Below the pieces are notes generated by a model that saw only the letters and a list, made by a program, of their open reading frames with translations, had not been told where the DNA came from and searched no databases. A stretch of 64,000 nucleotides of DNA, taken from Camelus dromedarius (taxonomy: Eukaryota). The stretch spans positions 7,626,001-7,690,000 of the forward strand of contig NC_087437.1 in assembly GCF_036321535.1 (NCBI RefSeq), written 5' to 3'. A program made the position numbers and the translations under genes. Below are positions 54,479 through 64,000 of this stretch, one piece after another (positions within the stretch are counted from its first letter, which is position 1; every line of letters starts with the position of its first letter).

Positions 54479-55186
54479 CTTCCACTGTTTCTCTCATCAA
54501 CCCTTTGAGGTAGATCCTAGTAATACCCCATTTCATAGTTAAAGAAACTGACTCACAGAGAAGTTCAGCGGGAGGGTCAGAATCCAGGTCCCAGCAGTCA
54601 GACTCCTGACCCCTGTGCTCTCTGAGTCACAGCCGCGGGCCTGGCAAACCTGAGCTCCCCACCCAGGACGCCCGTGGCACTCCCTCACCTGCCCTGGCCT
54701 CTGAGAGCTGGTGGCTGGACTTCCCAGGTGCTACACACGCCTTCTGGGAAATAACTGGCAGACCGGGAAGGCAAGAATCCACCAAGTTGCTCATTTCAGA
54801 GGCAGTGTTTGAGACTCTTTGAAGTTAAACATGTGCCCTTTGAAATAAGAGAAGCTGATTATTTTAAAGGTTCTCTCTCTGTCTGTGGTGGGAAGCAATG
54901 GTATTGAACTTGCAGGAAACCATGGGAAAAGGTCTCCCCGTACATTTCCTGAGCCCAGCCAAGGACCAGCTCTGAACAGCTGGCGTAAAGAGACCAACAG
55001 TTAGAGGCAGAAGGACTTGGGGTGGAACCTCAGCTCCCTCCACTCACTAAGTGTGCTCTCTAGTTAAGCGACTTTCCTCGTCTGAGCCTCAACATGGTTT
55101 CCTCTGAAATAGAGCTAGCAACGCCACCCTTGTGGACATTGGTTAGGGACCATGTGAGATAACCAGTGTTCAGCATACACTGTCAG

Positions 55187-55362
55187 GAAAGGCCACGTAA
55201 TTTGCACAGTGAAAATGGTAGGACCCTTTGTTTAAAAAAAAAAAATTACTAAAACTTTCAAGACAACAACGGCAGTTCTTTAACCCAAAGCTGGGGGCCC
55301 TTCTGAGTGTGGGGCCACCCGGAAGACGGTCCTCAGCAGAACCCGGCCATGCTGGCGCCCTG
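55187..55362 (-). mobile_element. hAT-Tip100 MITE (MER45A-like)
   Basis: CAGG...GTAATTTGC...AGTGAAAAT...GGGGCCCTTCTGAGTGTGGGGCC...GCTGGCGCCCTG. Confidence 0.75.
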
Positions 55363-56744
55363 ATCACAGGTGCCCAGAGCTATGAAAAAAAAATCTCTGC
55401 TGCGTATAAGCCACCGTGTCTGTATACGGTGCTTGTTACAGCAGCTGGCACTGACGGAGACACACCCTGTGTTGTAGCTTTCTCTTCATGCATCTGCCTT
55501 GTGCACAGTTGAGGATGGACTTGCTCTCTGGTGCCATGTTAAACCTGGTCTCTGTGGTGCCTCGAACAGTCCTTGATATGTAAGAAATGCTTAATAAATC
55601 ATTACTGGCTAAATAAAAATACTTCTTTGGCTGTTTCACATGAGGCCCTGCTCTGCTCCCAGGTAGGAACAGCCTTGAGACACTGTATGAGTCTGTCTCT
55701 CATCAACTCACTCTGCTCCTCTGTTTCATCTCATGGTTACCTCTCCTTCCAAGTTTCCTCAGACCTCTCACCCCATCCTCCCCTTTTCTGTTTGTAGACT
55801 GACATGAGTTCCCTTGCTAGGAGATATATATATATCTATATATGTTTTTATTTTTAAAGAAATAGCTTGCACAAATAGAGGGAACGGCATCCTGGAATTT
55901 TCTGCTGGGTTAATAAATCAACAAACGTTTGCATAAGCAGTCACCAGGTTGTCCTTAATTCATCTTAATTCAGGAGCGCAGGCCTGGGGCCCTGAGGATT
56001 ATCCATCAGCATTGCTCTGCCATCAGCCCTTTCTAGCCCAGCTGCTTCTCAGAGGCTGGGCCAGTGCAGGCAAAGGAGGTAAACAACTAAGGAGGCCAAG
56101 GGAGGTGAGGGCCTCCCCAGAGAACACGGGCAAGAAAAGGCAAAGGGGGAGCAGGTGGAGAGGCGGCTGCCGAGAGCACAGACGAAGCCAGCAGCCCGCA
56201 CAGCGCTCGGGAACCCCTGTGCTTGCTGACAGAGACAGTGCGGCCCCTCTGAAGGCGAAAGGAAGGAGTGTTTTTGCTGTACCTAGAAGCTCCAGCATGT
56301 CAACAGCTCTCAAAGCTGCGAGAGCTTTCTAAGAAGTAATCCGGTTGTTGGCCTTCAGCAACTTGGCAGGATGTTCAAATGAACTCACATTTTCAAAGGC
56401 ATATTTGAGAACAGAAATGGAGTAAAAGTCATCTTACTCTAGAGAGCGGTTTTTTGTTTTTTTTCTTTCATTTTTGTTTTTGTTTTTATTTTTACCATTT
56501 CCAGCATGCTTGGCTGCAAAAAATGATGGCTTTGTGTGTGAAGACTTGAATTTGAGTCCTGGCTCAGTCACTGACATGCTCTGCAAGACCTTAGCCAAAT
56601 CACTTCACCCGTCCATATCTTATCTTGTCCGTATGAGGCCAGAAGAGGTCATATTTCTATCTTAAAGTTGCTAAGAGGGTCAGATAAAGGAAGTAAGTGA
56701 TAGAAAATATAAAGAATAACATAAATGCTGGCTATCGTGATAGT

Positions 56745-56995
56745 CGGAGTCTAGATTTGTATCTACCCGGCAAAAAAACCTCTCATCACTTATAAACCAT
56801 TGGATTTCATGGTTTGAAACCATGAAGCATATTGATTTATTAAACCGTGGACTTCAACCTTCTGAGCCTCAGTTTTCCCATCTGTAAGATGGTGATAATA
56901 GAAATAACATATACTTCATAGGCTTAAATGAAATATTACTTGTAAGGTGCTTTGCACGGGGCCCGGCACATGAGGACTTAGTGAATGTAAGCTCT
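56745..56995 (+). mobile_element. MIR SINE (interrupted by a short palindromic insert)
   Basis: Core TTCTGAGCCTCAGTTTTCCCATCTGTAAGATGGTGATAATAG. Confidence 0.75.
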
Positions 56996-57669
56996 CACAC
57001 AACCAACGGGGTTATTATTGTAAAGTTGGAGTTCATCTTATAATAATGAGCTTTATCCTTTCAACACAAATTTTAGAGCGGCTGTGATGTTCGGGCCAGG
57101 CCCTCTGCTTTGCACACAGTGGGAGTGCAAGAGAAGGAAGGCGTGGTCTTTGCTATCCTGGACTTTTCAGTTTACCAAGAAGGAGAGACGTGTCAAATAA
57201 TCACATGAGCTGTTAAGCAGTTTGTTGGAAAATTACAGGCTGCTATGGGAGGGATAAGCGAGGGGCCTGAGAAATCTGGGATACAAGGAAGGCTTCATCA
57301 AGGAAGTGAGGTTGAGATGAATTGTGAAGGATGTGGAGAAATAGATGATACAGAGGAAAGAACTAAAGCATTCTAGGCAAAGAAAGCAGCACGTGCAAAG
57401 GTCCTGGGAGAGACTGCCTCACTTGAGAAAACGAGAGAAGGCCAGCGTTGCTGGAGAACAGGCAGCAAGGTGTCCCATGGGAGTGGGGAGGTAGTCGGGA
57501 GTCAGGTTGCTTTCATGCTCAGGCTGTTGGCAGTTAACTCCCGGTGCTCGAAGTGTTCAAAGCAGGGGAGTCCCATGATGAATACTGCATTTTTCAGAGA
57601 TCAGTTTTGCTGCCACATGAGGCAGGTCACGCCCAGAAGCCGTGATGGTCACTCAGACAAATGCTCTGC

Positions 57670-57840
57670 TCAGAGTGTGATGTGAAGACCAGAAGTACTG
57701 GCATCACCTGGAACTGTAAGAAATGCAAATTATGCCCCCGCCCAACCTACTAATTCCAATCCAGAAGTGGGTCCAGCAATCCTGCTTTCTCGAGCCCTCT
57801 GGGGGATTTTGATGCACGTTGAAGTTGGAGAGGACCTGGC
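57670..57840. mobile_element. hAT-Charlie MITE (MER5A-like), adjacent to L2 sequence (~57080-57650)
   Basis: GCATCACCTGG...AGAAATGCAAATT...GGGGATTTTGATGCACG. Confidence 0.75.
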
Positions 57841-59082
57841 TTAGACTAGGATGCGGCCCAGAAGACAGAAGAGCGGATGGATTGAAAACCGTTTTCACAG
57901 GTCTAGCTCCTGGAAGTGGCAGAGTCTGGTAGCTCTTTGGTTTGGGGGGATGAGAAAGAAGGAGGTGCTCAGAGTGACTCCAAGATGTGCATCTGCAGGA
58001 GGAGCCAGCTTTCCTGCTTTTTCTACTTTGTTGGGGGGGGGGGTGTTGAGATGAGAAGAGAGAAAAGTCTGGGGCATGAATTTTGGTTTTTGTGTGTTTG
58101 TTTGTTTTTAATATTTACTAATCCACAGAGCATGGATGAGAGGATCCAAGAAGCATGATTTATTAAAAGTGATGTCAATTGAGGAAAGGATCTTTGGCTG
58201 GGAACATCTCTACCGACTGGGGGTAAAACCAGGCTGGAGCTGGAGAGCTGATTTCATCTACAATAAGGAGAGCTATTTTTCTTGAAGTCTGTACTCTCTA
58301 GAAGAATTCTTAGTCCACTAAATTATCTTTTGAAACATTATGTTCCACTATATTTTTTTTGAAAAGCACTGTTTCAGAAATACAGCAGGAATCAAACAGC
58401 AAAAGGAATCTTGTTAACAATGCTACTAAGAAGAGATACTATTGAAAAGGGAAAACATTAAACTCTGAATGTGTTTTCAGGTTCAAAAAAATCCCCTTCT
58501 GCCTAAGGTGGTTTTATCGTGCAGAATATACCTAATGCTTTGGAAAACCACCTACTCTCCGTGCATAAGAGAGATTGCCAGAGTAGAAACTTCTCACATT
58601 TTTTAGCTTCTCATTGCTTTGGCCTGACTCTGTATAGACTCTTTGACCTCAATCTCCATTTCATTCCGGTAGCCTCTGGATTTGCATGTATTTTGCTTGG
58701 TGATGCAGCTCAGAAAGTTCCTACTCAATGCCGTAAGCCCCAAAGTAGCTTCTCTTGATGGAATTGAATGAAAAGCCTTGTCAGAGATCCCCTGGGTCAT
58801 TGACAGTGAAGCCTATTTTTCAGGTGAAGGATAATTAAGTATATTCTCATTATCAAAGGAGAAAGGAAATTGCTACTCTCTATTCTGGAAAAGAAGTTTG
58901 TCTAGATAATCTTCTTTCAGCTTGCACCACTATGACATTCATGATCTAGGTTCTACCTAAAAAAAAAAAAAAGACTCTCCCTGGTTCTCACACTAATAAA
59001 TAGTGCTTCTTAAATACTGTAGAAACTTCCAAAGAATCAAGAGTTAACTATTAGTGTATAGTAATCCGTAGGTTTCTACATA

Positions 59083-59272
59083 AGGGGTTGCAAATTAGGG
59101 ACTGTGGACCGTATCCGGCAGAATGCCTGTTTTACAAAGGATAGTTGATTGGAAAACAGCCATGCTCACCTGTTTGTGTTGTTTACTGCTGTTTTAGCAC
59201 TACAGCAGCAGCGCTGAGTATTTAAGACAGAGACTGTTTGAACTGCAAAGGCAAAAATACTTCCCATCTGGT
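59083..59272. mobile_element. hAT-Charlie MITE (MER58A-like)
   Basis: AGGGGTTGCAAA...ACAGCCATGCTCA...ACAGAGACTG...CTGCAAAGGCAAAAATACTT. Confidence 0.7.
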
Positions 59273-62200
59273 CAGCACACCTCTGAAGATGAAGGCAGCA
59301 CACCTGTTCAGTTGACTATCAAAATGAAGCCCTCCTGGTTTAGGAGAATTCTGAATTGCAGGTGTTCATTACAGGTAGAGGCTCAAAATGTACTTTTTTT
59401 TTTTTTGTCGTTGGAGAAAAATGCCTCTAATCATATGGATGCTAGTAAGAAAATGGTATGCACAAATTTATTTTTCACACGATGATGTCTGTCTTGGGAC
59501 AGGCTTGTCAGTGCTGATAGCTGATCTGTGCTTGGTGGGTCCAGCCGTGCTTCCCCGGCCACTGGGGTGTGGCCTCCAGTTCTGGTGAAGTCTCTGCTCT
59601 ATTTTAGGGGAGAAGCAGTCAGTCGAGGAAGCGCCTGTTTTCCCTCACATGGCTGCCAAGTTGTGACTCAGGGCAATCTGGCACAGCGTTCATGAGTCTT
59701 CACTAAGCGTTGAGTTTACACAATGGAAGAGGCGCTCAGTATGTTTGTTGTCTGCATGTTCTTGGAAAGTGTGAAATTGACACCTAAAACTGCAATCATC
59801 TATTTATACACTGGAGAATTGTCATGAGATCCTCAACCATTTCTTCTCAATTCCTGTTTCCTTGTTTTCAAATACTCATCTCAAAATTTCTGCTTTCCCC
59901 CAGAGGACATATTTTCCATCCTTTTTACCTTATTACTTGCCCAACCTTTTAAACACAGATTATAATTCTGCACCTAATTGCTTAAAAAGGACTTGGTCAA
60001 TGATGAATTTGTAACATGACCTGGCTTATTTTATCAATAATAGATATAAGTACAATTTTTGCTTTTAAGACATCAAAACTAGATTATTCACTCATGTGAT
60101 AATTACTTCTTTGGTGATTTTTTTTTTTTAACGTTCACTGTGTTTTAGCACAAAGCCACAAAACTGAGAGTCATACGACTTGAGGTCTAATCCCACCTCT
60201 TGCAACAACTAACATGAATCGTTTTGTGTGATTTACTCAACCACTCAACTCAGGATCTTCATCATTATTACAATAAAAAGTTCCATCTCACCATCTCTAA
60301 GATCATTTCTAACTCCAGCAATCTGAAAAGATTTTGTATATTACCACTTAATACTGGGTTAGATGTTCAAGGAAGTGCTGAATAATTCTCCATTTTCCAA
60401 AGTAATATGTGTTTCCTTGATTTAAAAAAAATCATGAAATGTTTCATACATGCACAGAATACAGAGGTTTTTATAACAGATATCCACTCTGTATCCACCT
60501 AGCTCTAACAAATATTAATACTGAACCATAGTTGGCCCTGATTTTTTTAACTATTAAAAAAAAAAGGAATTAAAGCATTACACGTTCAAGTAAAAAACCT
60601 TTATATAATTAGCCAAAAAGTATAAAATACTTTGACATATACTGACATCTTCAAAACTCTTAACCCTGGGAAGTGGGCATATATCCAGTAAACAGACATG
60701 GTACAAACAGATGTGAAAATTGTATCTGAGGATACCCAGCAAATAAGTGAAGAACTCAGGGCTCAACCACATATAATGTCATCTAAGCCCTGGATTTTGA
60801 CTAATCCTTTTCTAAATATCATTTTTGTAGAGTACTTTGTAAGCAACATAAATCGATCCTGATCATCTGATAAGCAAAAATATTAATTTATTGAAGACAT
60901 ATATTATAACTTACAAAACCAAAAAAAAAAGTAATGAGCCACCAGCCCTTGGAAAAGGCAAGAAGCAGTGGTGTTCCATGAGGTCTGTGTAACAGGAATA
61001 ACTGGAAAGATTTTTCTGGCTGTCATTGTTGAATGAATTCTGCTTCCTTCATTTCTGATCTTGTTCAAGATTTAAATCACCGGAAGAGAAGAAAGATTGG
61101 TCCAGCATGGACGAGTTGCCCATCCTTGCAGTGAGGGCTCAGGAGAGCACCAGATTTGATCATTCTATCAATGCTGTGCATGCACAAAGAGGAGTCTTCA
61201 TTACCAGTGGAACTTGGAGGGGCAGTGACCAGAGGAAGCGGCAAGGATGCTGTTCTGCCAAAAATAGGAGACGTCTACTACGCTAATTGTGGCAACTGTG
61301 AGAAAGTGTATCCATATCTCTGATTGCAGAGGAGTAATTGGCTGATGGTCTCAGCTCCTGTGTTCTGAAACACACCATTATGTTGGCACAGGCCAGACTT
61401 TCCATGAGCTGCTACCAGCCAATGAGCGATTGAAGCAGGGCTGCTAAGACAGGTCTGTTCCTAGGAGACACGGAGCTGCTCTGATGGTTGACTTGACCAA
61501 ATGATTCCTCGATGGCCTTAGCGAACTTCCTTTAGAAATGCGCTGCAGTCTGAAGCACTATCATCTAATTTTTCTTCCTTCTCTCTCTCCTTTGCTTGAC
61601 CACAGACCTGCATTGTGCTCCTCTCATCATTTGCTTCTTAGAGGACCAGCAGCAACACACATGTCATTTATTAATATTTGAAAGCAATATTAAGTAACAC
61701 TTTCCTGAATCATTCCTTAAGAATGTCATGTTACAGTCGAACACCACGTTTTCCTACATCCTATATCCCTTTACCCTGTTCTGCCTTTCTTTTTACTGGA
61801 ACATTTAAAACCTTCTAATAAACTACACAGTTATTTATAATTTATTGTTTTTCTCTTGAAAGTAGAATGGACATTCTCTCAGGGCATAAGACAAAGACCT
61901 ATTCTGTTTACTGGTGTATCCAAACACTCAAAACAGTGCCCAACTATAGCACGCACTCAGTAAATATTTGTTGTATGAGTGAATAACTTTATGTCCAATT
62001 GCTTGCAATGTAATCTCCAAATATTTTCTTTTGGGTCCTAAACTAAGTAATTCCAGAGTCCCATACTCCCTTAACCACGCTGAGTTTATGTAGACATTAC
62101 GCTCACTGGTACTGACAATTATTCCCATTGCCCTACAAAGACCATCAATTTCGCCAACTTATGCAATTAGAGAGGGTTAACATGATCCTCAAAATCTCAT

Positions 62201-64000
62201 TTAAACCAAGTTCCTTTTCACTGAACAGCTGCAAGTTTGGAGAAACCTTAAATTGCTTTTCTTCAAGTCAAGTGTCAAGGGAGGGAGTTCGTTTCAGTGG
62301 CTTGTTCTGAGAAAGAAGTGGCTTACAAGTAGGAATCATGACACCAAGCCTGTGGGAGCGGACATTTTTCTGCTCACTAACCATTGTCCATCACGTCTGG
62401 CCTTCTTTCCCCTAGAGCATCATTGAAAGAGAGAGCCGTGGCTCAGAGCTGATCTGGGCTCAGTTCTCTTTGTTATTTCCCGTCCTAGAAGAGATGCGTG
62501 CAGGAGATGTCGCTACATGTCCTACCGAGAGCTAATATTGCTACAGACACCACCATTTCTAGGAAAGAGGCAGAAGCAGACGGGGACGAGGGGTCGGGCA
62601 AAGGCTTTGTGAGTGAGGTCAGAATATGGTGCTACCTACATTAACAACTTAGGTAACCACGACTACAAACATCACATAATGAGGCCTTAATGACTGCATC
62701 ACTGGGGGTGGTTTTCAGGTCCCATTGTCTCATTGGATACTGACTGAAGCAAATTTAAGAATTGGAGCTGTGTCTACCTAAATGAAGGAGGTATTCCCAC
62801 CTAAAACCAAAGCAGCTGAATCTTCTTTCAAATAGAGACTACTCTTATTCTGGGGTTGAGGAGGAAATTTGTTGATTATCCAAAGGCTTTAGGTAACTTT
62901 TCTCTCTTACGATATGACATGTTAAAAAGAATATGCATCGTCGTGTCCTACAGCATGGGTAGAAAGAAAGACTAAACGGAAGTGAAACTGAGTTTCTAAA
63001 ACAGTGTGCCCAGAACATTACAGTAAGGCAGAATTAGAAATCAGACTCAGACCTGTGTTTAAATTCCGCTCTTGGACACTCAGCAGCTGTGTGACCCGGA
63101 AAAAAGTAGTAGACCTCTCAGATTCCACACTTGTAAAATACAGTTCCGTTTGTAAAATATTGGTCAGGTTGATCAATGAGAAGTTTAGGCACGATTCATA
63201 TAAAACATGTGGCATGATGATTCTTAGCAAGTGACAGCTGTCACCAGGTCCTGGGTGCACTGTCCTGTCAGGAACTCCTCTGTTTCTCACTGGTCTGTAC
63301 CAGTTTTGTTCTGGCTCCTCCTCTAAACCTATCCCGGAGGAATCTGTGGCTAACTGCATGTGAAAAATTCTTTCCGTTGTAGGTAAGAATGATCTGTTTC
63401 TCATCAGAAGCAGTTTGGTTTTCTTAGATCAAGTAACAGCTCTACTGGTCAAAAACCCAGTCAATGATTTGTTGAGCAAGGATGTTGGAACTATTGACTA
63501 AAGCACATCTTGGAGATATGCTTTGGATCTCAAGCTCCCAAGCTCGTCTTGTTCCTAATTGTTAGAGGTTTTTGAGAGATGCCTATGCATAATTCTGGGA
63601 GAGGAATAAAGTACTTTAATTAGGGAAAGAGGGAACTTGGAACAAAGTAGAAAGAGGAAGGGGAAGAAAACCTTGGCCCATTTCAGTTCAGTAAGCATCA
63701 GTTGATTTGTATCTCTCCTTTCCTTTCTTTTCTTCTTTTCTCTTTCCCTCTTTTATTTTTGTTACCCTAACTTAACATGGAACTTTCTCAAAGTTGGAAA
63801 CGGAACACCTGTTAGAACTTAAAACGTGAAGAATATGTACAAAGTCATCTCCCCAGAAATGTGACCTCATCACTCCTGCCACCTAGTCCTGAACTCCCTT
63901 GATTGTTGCCGTCACATCTCTAGACTTGCTGGAACCCGCTATATATTCCTTCGTGTTTATTCTAGCAAAACTGAAAACAAGCATCTGAAAAGGAAAGAAA

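Noticed and set aside
55949..56332. Overlapping 127-aa and 96-aa ORFs in a mildly GC-rich patch
   Set aside because: No recognisable domain, non-ATG starts, and no convincing splice or promoter context. Not long or CpG-dense enough to call an island.

Overview
Mammalian genomic DNA, probably camelid. That assignment is inferred from two Vic-1-like tRNA-derived SINEs and the absence of recognisable Alu or Bov-A/BovB elements. The only protein-coding feature I can support is one 234-bp exon at 29261-29494 (+). It encodes the PAS-domain segment [20 protein letters not shown]...FYKKNG, which I recognise as exon 2 of the EAG-family K+ channel KCNH8 (Kv12.1/ELK1). The rest is intron 1 and intron 2, densely filled with L1, L2, MIR, MaLR/ERV LTRs and hAT/Tigger MITEs. 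Nearly all ORFs in the track are L1 fragments or spurious. I found no evidence for a novel gene system. What stands out is a rich record of retrotransposition mechanics: several twin-priming 5' inversions, candidate 3' transductions bracketed by TSDs, two internally deleted L1s, nested insertions, and a quasi-palindrome perfected inside an L1 at the same site where another L1 copy breaks. There is also a degenerate telomere-like tract, a 67-bp tandem duplication and a templated palindromic insertion in a MIR. Repeat family names are from memory, and their boundaries are approximate unless a TSD is quoted.
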